A DNA stretch of 63,843 nt, counting the filler, from Reticulomyxa filosa (lineage: Eukaryota > Protista > Foraminifera), in the NCBI GenBank assembly GCA_000512085.1. It is 18 parts of 18 records of this genome, joined end to end, with 100 filler letters (N's around TTAATTAATTAA, not from the genome) between each part and the next. Parts side by side here need not be neighbours in the genome. Positions count along the whole stretch, not along the records: positions 1 to 5,284 come from ASPP01017677.1; positions 5,385 to 9,258 come from ASPP01008055.1; positions 9,359 to 15,366 come from ASPP01008819.1; 15 more parts are not named here. One strand, given 5' to 3'. The notes under the pieces are model-generated. The model did no database searches. It was not told the DNA's origin and was given only the letters and a program-made list of their open reading frames with translations. Position numbers and translations under genes: made by a program. How positions within the stretch are numbered: the first letter of the stretch is position 1; each line of letters begins with the position of its first letter. Shown piece after piece: positions 1 through 11,459 of the stretch.

Positions 1-699
1 GTAAGCAAAATATATCATTTCTATAAATTTTTTTTGGTGATTGAACAAACGAACATTTTTTGATAAGATTATAGCGAAAATCGATGTTTTCGTTCACTTA
101 TTTTGTTTGATATTGGGATGGCCCCCTTTGTGTATTGTTGAAAATGACGTGTTGATGAAATTTTGAGATTTCGTCACATAAAACAAAGGATCTCAAAGTT
201 TTGAAGGTTCGTAAAGTTGGATGCGAATGAAGATTTGAAGTCCTTTCTTCGACAAATTTCAAATTCTTAAGAACGTCGTCAAGTGGAGAATGAAAAGATT
301 TCTCACGAAACGAGTAACTAAAGAAAGAAGAAATACAATAGTTTAGCAGTATGTACAAGATATGCACACTAATGATTTGCGGGAATGAGTGCGAATATTG
401 CAGCAATATCGAGACTGTTCTAGAGATTAAGAATGACGATGTTATGTATAATACGATAAGAAAAGATATTGTGTCCAATCAAAACAAAAAAAAACAAAAT
501 AATATATATTAGTATTTATTTGTTTTTTTTTCAATCAGAACGTTGAAATAAACAAAAGGGGCTGAATTCACCAAATCGTTTATTGAGATCTTGTCTAAAT
601 GTTGGATTATGCAGTCATTCACCCAGCTGGGAATTGTTAAGTGTGTGCTGTTGTTAACTGGACTGCAATTCAAATAAATAAATAAATAGAGTCAACGAC

Positions 700-1590
700 A
701 CAAAACATTGCAAATGTTGAAAGAGTGTTGATGCGACAGTTTGTGATGCTGTTGCACTTGAAGGAGTACATCAATACGAGAACAGTATGGCCGCGCTGCG
801 AGGCTACGGCAAGCTATCTGAGACGACGCTCAATATGTGGAAATACTTCCTTTTTACACAGTGCTGATTGCACGTTGTTGAAGTGCATTCCATAGGATCT
901 CGACATCAATTTGAAGGCAATCATTCTGGCGCTGTTCAAGCTACTTTACATGTATGATGCTGTCCATTTGCGCTCACAATCATCATGAGGACAGAGTCCT
1001 TGTTCGACAGCCAAAATCAGTACTCTAAGTCCTACTTGTCCCATGTGTCGTAAGTTTAGCGTCAATCAAAGTATCAAGTTCCATTTGTCCAAAGTACAGT
1101 CTTAAAGGTGTGGTCAATTTGTTTCAAATTTATTTTTTTTTACAGTCAGACTCGTATCATGTTTTGTCATTTGTTCTTTTTCTTTATCTTTGTTTTTATA
1201 TTATAAGGTATTTTGTGAAGAATAATGTAACGTTTTTATTTTTTTTCCATTATACTTTTTTTCACGTGTTTTTTTTAGTAGTCGCTTTGATCATTAGTAT
1301 AATATCTTTGCTTGTGTTTCATTATAAAATATTTGGTTTTCAAAGCAATCAAAACACGGACAAATTAACATATTGCTCACTAGAGGTGCGTTCAAACACA
1401 CTTTGCAAAAACGCCATACTATCTTCCACACAAATAAGGCAAATTTTCTTGGAAGATATCAGACTTGCATTCAAATTACTTTCATATACCCAATTGTCAA
1501 AGAAATTTTTGAAGTTTTGTTTTTCGTGCTGTCTGTGTAAGTCTTACAAATATCAAAAATTGCGAAGGCCGATAGAATATTGTTTTTAGT
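700..1590 (+). pseudogene. Decayed gene remnant, possibly with RING-like Cys/His motifs
   Basis: Island of higher GC with stop-interrupted frames: NVERVLMRQFVMLLHLKEY, PTCPMCRK (about 1031-1054) and HIAH*RCVQTHF (about 1369-1404). No intact ORF. Confidence 0.3.
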
Positions 1591-2319
1591 TGTGTTGTAT
1601 TGTTGATGCAGTTTTCAACAATGTTGGCAAACAAAGTTACACAAGAAATAAATTTATTTCATATGAACAAATAAATTTTTTGTAGTGTCAAACACAGCGC
1701 ACGTGCAATCAAAAAATCAATACCATTTTTCCTGGACATGCGTTTGAATATTCAATAGCACATTGTTCACAAATTTATGGATAACTTGTGCAATGTTTAT
1801 TACTAGTTTTTCTTAACTTTTTTTGTTTTATCTATTTTTGTTAATTACGAAATTGCTCAAAAGAGAAAGATTTTTTTATTGACGCTATGCATCGATATAT
1901 TTTCACATGATACCGAAATTTTTATATTCGTTTCCTTGTTTTGTGTTGTTTTTGTGCGTCTATTTTATGTTTTGGAGGCTCTGTTTCTTGTTACTCATGC
2001 ATCTCGCTAAAAAGTTGATGTTGTTGCTTTGGATCAAAATCATTTACAATTGTCAAAGCAAAATAATTTAGATTACTTTGAAGACAAGTTTTACTTTCAT
2101 ATATTCTCAATATTTCAAAAATTTCTCCCTTGGTTCCTTCGTCTTAACCTCTATCGTTTGGATGTGCATTGGATGCGACGTTTAATTGTTTTGTTTGATT
2201 GATATAGTAATTTTTATATTTTTTTAATGCTTGTTTGCTCGACAAATAAAATAATAAAAGTTCAACTTCTTTTTCATTTTTTTAAAGTTATATAAAAACC
2301 ACTTGCAAATTCCCTTTTT

Positions 2320-3740
2320 TTATTTGTAGCATACGGCTAGACTCCTTTTATGTTCTGTTTTATTGAATGATTTTGGAAGCGAAAAATTATTGTAAAGCCC
2401 TTTTGAACATGTGGATATTGGAGGAACACACCAAAGGGTTGTCCTTTTACACTGGTGGCAAAGTAGCCGGAGTGTCATTACAATGGAATGGCGTATATGC
2501 ATGCCACTGCACTTGAGGTATGTTGTGGACAGCTTGTTGAATATTCCAAGTCGAAAATTGATCATGTTGGTGTGAAGACATGACATATTGTCTGTCGCCA
2601 CTGCAAATCGCTTCTTTACTTTTTTCGACTGTTCTGTTGTTACACTTTCTTCCTATTTAAACTCGCTCACGTGAAGTGAAATCATTATTCGATCTTGTTT
2701 CGGTTTTAATAATTTCCAACAACTTTGCAAAAATTTTACAATCAGTTGTTGATTTGCCGTTTTTAGTCGATGATCTCCATTGTCATGCTCCACCCTTTTT
2801 TTTTGTAACTTAATATATGACCAAATAAAAAAAAAGCATGATTATAACATGTGGGAAATTGAAAATAATCAGATCGAAAAACTCCAAGTACTCTTTCTTT
2901 GCATGATCTTTATGTTCCTCTTCAAGTAGGTTATGTTGGGTTGACACTGGGAAAGTCAGCTCCAAGTTGGTGGCATCGATTTCATATATAATGATAGATT
3001 GGCTCAAGTCATTGTTACCACATAATTGTATGTCATGCAAGATTTGGCTGATACTATCGTTGATATATCTCTGGATCAGTTCATCTTTGGAGTGGTAACA
3101 TGTAGCGATTAATTCCAGTGACTTCGATTGGCAGATGTGTGGCCAAATATATAACAGACAACTAGTATACGTGTAGGATACGATGAATCGTCTTTATCTT
3201 GTAAGTATAAATGTTTGAAATAGTTTATTTGCTCTGTTGTCAGCTCGATGAAGGGATAGCATAAGAGATTGCAAGGTTGATCATGACTTTGTTTGTTTTG
3301 GCAATGTGGAGCGAGAGCCAAAGTGCAATGCAAAGATTGATGAGCATAATTTGAAACAAACTCATCCCAACTTTGTTTCGAAAAGTGTGCGCATTTGATT
3401 TTGAGCAAATTTTGGTATTCGTCCACTGTTGCAGAGTATAAACTCTAAACGGATTTTAATGACCGGCAAATGATACGTCGTCGTTGGTATGCCATTCATG
3501 CAAAACAACGTTTTTTTCAAAACTCAAAGTGAGTCTGTCTTTACAAATATCATCAAGTTTTTGTACATGTACAGTGGAACACAAATGCAAATGTTGGCGA
3601 AATATTTCCAAAATAATTTTATTATCTCATCAAAAGATGTAACGCCCACTGGCCGTGTTAATATTGTACACACTATTTCCTTTAGTTCGTGTTCGTTAAT
3701 GTGATCTTTTGTTTTTACGTTCATTTGCTTAATCATCTTC
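2320..3740 (-). pseudogene. Fragmented pseudogene of an unidentified protein family
   Basis: Chain of co-oriented, protein-like short ORFs (3524-3736, 3109-3426, 2810-3040, 2320-2601) broken by stops and frameshifts. Confidence 0.45.
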
Positions 3741-4694
3741 TAATGTCCTGCTTTTTTGATCGTTTTCTTGTTTATGTGATATTGTTTTTTAATTTGATGA
3801 ACATTCATAAAGTGTATATTGAATAAAGCACTTAATCAGTGGTTCAGCTTTTGAAGACTATTCAGCGTTCAAAAATGTCTCCAAATATATCTCCACATTT
3901 TGTCGCGAGATTTCTTCTTTTAACTCGTTATTTGTCAAAATTTCTGCTAGCGTCATCTTAGCGACAAAAAAAATTCAATTTTTTTTAGATCCTTTTGCAA
4001 ATTGTTTGACTATTCGCTTTCTGTCTTGGCAAAACATCGCCAAAAAATATTTTTTTGGACTGTTTTTATAATGATACAAACAAAATTTTGTGCTGCTATA
4101 TGTCGTCCAAATGTAAAGCTTTTTTCGAAAAGTGCTTTGTTTGAAGATGTGTGCCTCGTAGTGACACTTTTTGGGGGAGGACGTTATTAAAAGGAAAAGA
4201 CGTTGGGTGTAAAGCTAACCATAAACATTTTTAGAAAATTGACAAAAAATCTTTTTTTTTATGCAAGGGACCAGAATTGATGAATACGTCGTAAAAAAAA
4301 TGTGTTCATTTTTTGACGTGTGCATCAACTTAAAAAACGGGACCGGAACATTTTTTTGATGATTTAGAAGAAATTTTTGCGCATTAGTCAAATTTTTGTG
4401 TATTATGCAAATTTCTGACGTAGAAATATCGCAACATTTTTTTCTCGTTAGGACAAACTTTTGCACAGGCCAAAAAAGCTTAAAAGTTTACGAGTTTTTC
4501 AAGCAAATATTTTTTTTTTATGACATCACAAGTCGTGTCGACTTTCAAAAAGCCACAGCAAGCTCAAAGGCCGCTAAATAAAAGCAATTTTTTTTAAAGC
4601 GTTCCACTCGACATACATACGCAAAAAATCACACAAACAACATGGCGAAAAAAAGCCTCCAAATACGCATATCAAAATGTGACAACAGTATATC

Positions 4695-5284
4695 TCAGGA
4701 AGCATTTGATGGAAAAGAAAAGACAAATAATGAAGTTGAAATACGTATACAAAAATACAACGTATAATGTATAATACATCCAATTCCACCAAAACCTTTA
4801 ACAAATTTAGCACCTTCTTGTGATTGATCAGTAACAAATTCTAGTTTATATTCATAATTTTTATATTGTGAAGCAAGCCATTCAAGAAATTCATTGTTGA
4901 ATAATTTCCCAAATAAGACTAGTAGAATCATCTTTTAAGAAATCATTTGAATGCTGTGCTTCTTTATGTGTAATATAAATTTTTTTTTTTCATCATTATT
5001 AGTAGGATGTATAATTTGTATTATTAAAAGATCAAGCTTTTCCCAAACAATACAAGTTTCTAAAGCACCCATTTCCATAGCACTAATAGTATCAAGATAA
5101 TCAAAGCAATATTTATTAGTATCTTTAGCAATTTCTTGCATAAAGTCCATTAATATTTTTTTTTCACGAACAAATTTTACATTCGCTAAAGCATCTTTAC
5201 TTAATTCAACAATTTTAATAACAATAGCTTTTAATCTACAATCTAAAATATCACTATTAAATAAATCATTTTTAAAATTAGCAC
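4695..5284 (-). pseudogene. ERF1: Eukaryotic release factor 1 (eRF1) C-terminal part, disrupted
   Basis: Reads ANFKNDLFNSDILDCRLKAIVIKIVELSKDALANVKFVREKKILMDFMQEIAKDTNKYCF...AMEMGA...WEKLD, then [12 protein letters not shown]...[27 protein letters not shown], matching eRF1 domains 2 and 3. There are frameshifts near 4990 and 4890 and an internal deletion; the 5' part is cut by a linker. Confidence 0.9.
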
Positions 5285-5384
5285 NNNNNNNNNNNNNNNN
5301 NNNNNNNNNNNNNNNNNNNNNNNNNNNNTTAATTAATTAANNNNNNNNNNNNNNNNNNNNNNNNNNNNNNNNNNNNNNNNNNNN
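5285..5384. other. Artificial contig linker N44-TTAATTAATTAA-N44 (first of 17)
   Basis: The same 100-bp spacer with stops in all six frames also starts at 9259, 15367, 19559, 24783, 26253, 30070, 31206, 34915, 45944, 47472, 53550, 55010, 56397, 57765, 59753 and 62641. ORFs ending in 'XXXLIN' are artefacts of it. Confidence 0.98.
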
Positions 5385-6450
5385 TTCGCTTCATAATCAT
5401 CGTCATTATCATCATTATCACTGTCATTACCGTCATCATCATCATCATCATCATCATCGTCATCACCGTCTTCGTGTTCGCTGACATCGATGGTCTGTGC
5501 CTCAGTGTCACTATGTGGGTGTGACTTGCGATGTTCGGTGGTAGTGACAGTGACCTCTTCTTCCGTCAACGTGGCATTTGTTGCAGTGACATATTGTCTG
5601 GGTCGTCGGCGGGGTTCTCTTACATTTTCACTTGATAACATTTCCTTGAGTTTTGGTCGCCCTCGTTTTTGCGTATTTTTTCTTGCTATTTTCCTGCTTT
5701 CTTTTTGTTTTTGTCTTTGTCTTTGTCTTTGCCTTTTTTGCTGATGTTTTGGTATTTGGTTTTTTTTTGTCTTTGCTTTTGCTTCAATTCGCTTTCACTT
5801 TGTGTTTCACTTTGAGTGTCACTCGTACTGTCACGGTAGTCGATGCCACCACCGTGTGTCGGCGATGCAAATATCACTCCCGAAGGGACCGATTGCATTC
5901 TTTTCAATGTGTGTTCCAACATATTCTCCCGACGTAACATACCCCCTTTTCGATCACTTGCATGGCTGCTGATGGGTGTCCTTTCTTCCTTTATCACTTG
6001 CGTGGGTTGCATTTGATATGTCGGTGGAGTTTCATAACCCTGTCCTTGGATTGGCGTGCTCACAATGTTCAATGGAGACGACTTCTCTGGGGTCATGCTG
6101 TCCAGTATTGCTATTGTCACACTTGTGTTCATTGTGTTCGTTGAGTTGCTATTCACGTTTGATGTGGACGTCAATGTTGTAGACCTCGCATGGTTCGATT
6201 GAGACCCATGCGGAGTCAACCCTGGGCTTGACTCTCTTTGCCGGGGAGACCGACCATATTGTTGCAACAAGTCATAGCGCCTCTCGTTCATCCGGGATAA
6301 TGCTGAGGATGCCTTGACAACTGGTTGATCACCAAGCAACATGGCCTACTCGACCGTTGCCGACAAGTTTGTAGTTTCCAATGAGTCTTTTTCCTCTTCA
6401 CACTTTAACAACGCGTTTCTTCTTGCAAATGTTTTGTGCAAATCATTTTG
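5385..6450 (-). CDS. Low-complexity hypothetical protein (Ser/Thr/Lys/Asp-rich), partial and disrupted
   Basis: GC-richer coding-like sequence. ORFs 6346-6594 and 5686-6342 are in the same frame, separated by one TAG; a frameshift leads into ORF 5333-5641 (poly-D). The 3' end runs into a linker. Confidence 0.5.
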
Positions 6451-8957
6451 CAAAGTGAAATATAGAAAAAATATTGCATTATAAAAGAGATTATTAAAAT
6501 CAAAAAAATGCAACATAAAAGATACTTCAACATTATACTTTCTAATCAAAACACTGCAAATAGAAAAAAGTTGAACCAATAATTTTCTTTTCACATTTTA
6601 TGTCAAAATAAGAGCTGAAATCGTCAGCAACTTCGTTTTATCTAATAAATCATTTATTCGCAAATCTTTGGAATAACCAATTTAACAAATACAATAATCA
6701 CATGTTTTACTATATTCAAAATCATAGACACACATGCAACGCATATTATTATGTTTATGTATTAAAAAACAACATTGTGATGTTAGTTGTTTTTTAAATA
6801 ATAATGAAAAAGATGATTACGTATCAATCCACACAACTGGCTTTTCTTAATCGAAACATGGAGTTCGTAAATAAATAAAAGTTAGATTTGTCTTATTTTG
6901 TTAATCTTCATTTTTCTAATGAATCCAGTAATTCTTTTCTTTCAAACAAAATACATTGAGATTAAATTTTATCTCATTCAAGTATTCTGTAGCTTTCAAA
7001 TACAATTTTTTAAATACCAAAGTATAATCTTGAAAATAAACACAAAAGGCAATTTCGTCAATTAATTATCAATTCCTAATTTCTTATTCCGATATTGTCT
7101 AAATAAAAGTAAAATTCATGTTAATCTTAACGTTTATTATCATTATTTTCACTGCTACAAAGCCTTACAAATGGAAATTATGTTGTGTCAATTTTGGAGT
7201 CAAAAAATACTTACAAACATTTCAATAATAAGTAAATTTATTTAAAATTATACAAAAGTTTGCAAACAAAGGGAAAAACTCAAAATTAAAAAAGCGAGTG
7301 CTAAGAAAGTTTCTCAAAGACACCGAAATTTAGAGTATTAAAAAAAAAGAATTTTTTTAATTCGGAAGAAAATGGATAAGATTGTTTCTTCAAAAAAAAA
7401 AGAGTCAACACAAAAGAAAGGGGGGAAAAAAGAATCACAACACACCGGTACAAACTTTCAGTTTTTGCAAAAAAAAAAACATGTTATCAATATAATTACT
7501 ATCCTGATATTTGTAACAATAGATCATTCATCTTGAGTTATCTTGTTTTTTGTTTTTATATTATCATAATCTTGGATGATATATTTGTAAAATAAAAAGT
7601 GAAAGCTGTTGATAATTTGATTAAACTGAAATGATATTATCTTTAAACATAAATTTCATCAAGAAAATTATTAAGATTAAACAGATATTTATTTCAATAA
7701 ATTCAAATATTTCATATTTCATTAACAATACGAATATATTTTTCAAATGCAAATTTTATAAAAAGTGTTTTTCATGTGATGATTGTTATAATTCAATTTC
7801 AAATGTTTTATTATTCAATTATTGCATATGTCAAATGATAAAATATTGAAATAATTATTAAGTATTTAATAAAAAGCCAAACATAATTTTTAAAAATATC
7901 TACAAATCGTGTAGTTTTTAAATATCATTTTGAATGTTGTTTTTCATGAAGAACATCAATTATATATAATATGCCGTTTTATGTGTCAACTTACTTTGCA
8001 TACTGTATAGTATATAATAGTTGTTGATATTTATCAGATTTTTAAAAATTAGTTGTGTTCTTGGAAAAGCTTTTCTGTTGCAATAATGTGATTATTATTT
8101 TATCTAAAAATTGATTGTTTTTCTAACATTTATTTATTTGAAATTTTTTTTCATTTCAAAAAAATTATGTTTTCATTGAAAAGCAAATTGTTGAGATGTC
8201 TTATGTTTTGTTTTAAACAATTTTCTTTTGTATTAAGCTTTTTTTAATTTATTTTATTTTTTCAAAGTAATTCGTACAAAGCATTCACAATGTATATAAT
8301 TCTTGTAGGGATTGCTGACTAGCACAAAGTATGTATGAAGATATTACTCTCTGAGATCTTTCAATAAAAAACAAGCAAATTAAGTTAAGGAGAGCAAATG
8401 ACAACAACAGCAAAACAAGAAGAGAAAAACTGGAGAAAAAGAGAAGTAAGTTGTTAGAGAAGTTCTGTGAAAAGGGATTTCAAGGTTCACTTGAACCTTG
8501 ACACGAAACAGTAGGTATTTCCCTATTTTGCAATGTTTGAGTTTAATTTTGTTGCTAACCATTTTTCTGTTACCTTTCTTAACAAGTGCCAAAAAGAAGA
8601 AAAAAACTGGGTTTGTGAATTCCTAGAGAGCTCCTTAATGAGCTTAGATGAAAGAATCGTCAGTTAATTGTGCCCAAAAAAATGAAAAATTCTGTTGCCA
8701 GCTAGCTTGCTTCTTTTATTTTTTGCCAACCACCCATAACAGTTATCAAAATAACACGGCGATGCAATTACTCAGTTTTTCTTGTCTAACTTTCTTAGTT
8801 TTGAGAAGTACAAATTTTGCAAATTAAAGTTACTCTGGTGTACACAAGAAACACAAAAAAAACTGTCCTAGAAAGTGAAAGAGAAAAGGGGAATATCTTG
8901 GTTTAATTTGTTAACATTTTGTTGTTTTGATCAATAGTTTGTATCATCGTCTCGATA

Positions 8958-9185
8958 ATGTTACATCACAATCCCCTGACATTAACGCAAACTCAACCTC
9001 AATCATATTCTCCTTTCACATTCTCAACAGGTGATTTAGACTCTTTGCGCGAAAAACTTCAAACAGCAGAACAGCAACTGTCAGTCTACAACTCCAAAAA
9101 TGCGCAGTATATCATGCAACTGTCTTTGAACGAAAATCGAACTCTGCAAAAAATGATTGAAATGACTTATTTGCAAGGCCTCAGG
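8958..9185 (+). CDS. First exon of a coiled-coil hypothetical protein, truncated by gap
   Basis: ATG-initiated frame (LDSLREKLQTAEQQL) ending at a CAG|GTATTG donor, followed by an intron-like homopolymer and a linker. Confidence 0.5.
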
Positions 9186-9476
9186 TATTGTATGTTGTTT
9201 TGTGTGTTCCTTGTAGCCAATCCCCTTTTATTTAAAAAAAAAAACAAAAAACAAAAAANNNNNNNNNNNNNNNNNNNNNNNNNNNNNNNNNNNNNNNNNN
9301 NNTTAATTAATTAANNNNNNNNNNNNNNNNNNNNNNNNNNNNNNNNNNNNNNNNNNNNTTTTTTTTTTAAGAGACTTTAAAAAAATGTATTTGTTTATGG
9401 AAAGGAGAACCTCTTGAAACAAACTGATAAAAAAAAAAGGGGGCTTTTTTTATACGTGAAAATAAAAATAAAAAAG

Positions 9477-10297
9477 ATTCCCATTGGAAGCCAAAGACGG
9501 AGCAAACAATGGATTGGACATAGCCCGAAAGAGATTGGAGCAAGTGAAAGCCAAACACCCAGAAATATCATATGCTGACTTATGGGTATTGGCATCGTAT
9601 GTGGCCATTGAAAGCATGGGTGGACCACACATTGAATTCAGAGGAGGACGCAAAGACGCCACTGACGAAAAGGCTTGCCCTCCTAATGGACGATTGCCTG
9701 ATGCTTCAAAAGGCGCTCAACATGTGCGAGATGTCTTTGGCAGGTTAATTTTTTTGAAACCAACATTAAAAAATACCTAAGTTTTTTGTTGACAATCACT
9801 GAATTGTTAATATCGTTGTTGTTGTTGTTACGACAGAATGGGATTAAATGATCAAGAAATTGTAGTACTTGTCGGTGGAGGCCACGCTTTGGGACGATGT
9901 CACAAGGATCGATCCAATTATGTTGGGCCTTGGACAAGAGCTCCAACCACTATATCGAACGAATTCTTCAGGTTTTTTTTCAATAAGAAAATAAAAAGAG
10001 AGACAAACGATAAATTACATTTTTATATAAACAATACGTGCGTTCTTTTGTTTCTTTTTTAGAGTGTTGTTCGAAGAAGAGTGGCAACAGAAACAAAAGG
10101 AAGGAGAGAAACCTTGGACTGGACCTTTACAGTATGAAAACAAAAAGGGAAAAGATCTCATGATGTTACCTGCTGATTTGACTCTTAAGAGCGATCCTGA
10201 ATTCCGAAAATGGAGTGAAATATATTACAAAGACAATGACAAATTCTTGAAAGACTTTGGTGCTGCTTTCAAAAAATTAACAGAATTGGGATTTTAA
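9477..10297 (+). CDS. Class I heme peroxidase (cytochrome c / ascorbate peroxidase family), 5'-partial; exons 9477-9743, 9837-9971, 10063-10297
   Basis: Motifs [40 protein letters not shown], proximal [20 protein letters not shown] and [13 protein letters not shown]. Both introns are GT-AG and keep the frame. Confidence 0.95.
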
Positions 10298-11014
10298 TTC
10301 TTTTTTATCATTATTGTGTAGCGTGTGTGCGATAAGGACTTGTAGTCCTTTTTTTTTTCTACACAAATTTCTTGGAAATTTGCAGCATTGATGTCACATT
10401 GTAAATTTATGTGATGTTTACAAAACTTAATTCATGATATGAATAAAGAATTTATATCAATACAGAGAAGCACTCTTCCACTTTTCTTAGCCAATGCTCA
10501 AAAGTTTTTTCCATTGAAATCACTTTCTATATTTCTAGAATTTGTACTGAATCGACTAACTAATAAAAAAAGATACTAACTTGTATTATGGAAAAGATGC
10601 CACATGTCAGTATGCATCGGTTGATTTATTTCTGCTCCAACTTTGCTTATAATCATTTTTAAAAAATTTATTACAAAAAAAAGATAAATTAATTAAGTAA
10701 AACGGTTTACCAAAAACACTAATAAAACCCATTTAAATATATTATTGTTTTTATATCACCAATTCTGTATTCTATCCTAAAAGAAAAATACAAGTTAACA
10801 ATGAATGAAAACTATATGACAGTGCCTTGCATTTACATACATCTATGGCCTTTTTGTGGGCCAGCTTTTTCCTTTTGCGAGAACGTGCTGTTAAAGGTTT
10901 CAATACGTGCACTGCAGTCGTATGTCTTAGTCACTTGAATTTTTTTGTCTTTGCTTCTTTATTCCAATTGCAAACCATCGTTGTCCTACGCCAACGAATA
11001 CAATGTGTCTTCAA

Positions 11015-11074
11015 TTCTTTTTAATAAGCAAAGATTGGATTTCTTTTTAATAAGCAAAGATTGGATTTCTTTTT
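11015..11074. repeat. Tandem duplication of a 26-bp unit (about 2.3 copies)
   Basis: TTCTTTTTAATAAGCAAAGATTGGAT occurs at 11015 and 11041, with a partial third copy. Confidence 0.9.
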
Positions 11075-11459
11075 TGAATTTTTTAAAAACTTTTCAAACT
11101 AAACGTTCGTTGCATTTCCAATTAAATCAAATTTCGACTGTTACAGTCTAAGTAAGACAGATTAGTTTTTTGACAGAACACAAAAATTAAATAAGAAAAA
11201 ATAGCCGAAAACAAACTGATATCAATTTTTAAATTATAATTGACTGTTTTAAAAACGAAATTATTTTTTTTACCAAAATTGAAAGCTTCTATCGAATTAA
11301 CGTATGAAAAGTGTTAACTTCTGATTGATGTTTTTTTTTTGATGAATTCTTTTGTGAGTGTAAAATGCTATGAACATTCCAAGAACAGAAGATTGAAAAT
11401 AACAATAAGTAACAAAATAAACTCTCAATTAAATCAGAAAAGGAAAAATTCAACTTTTG

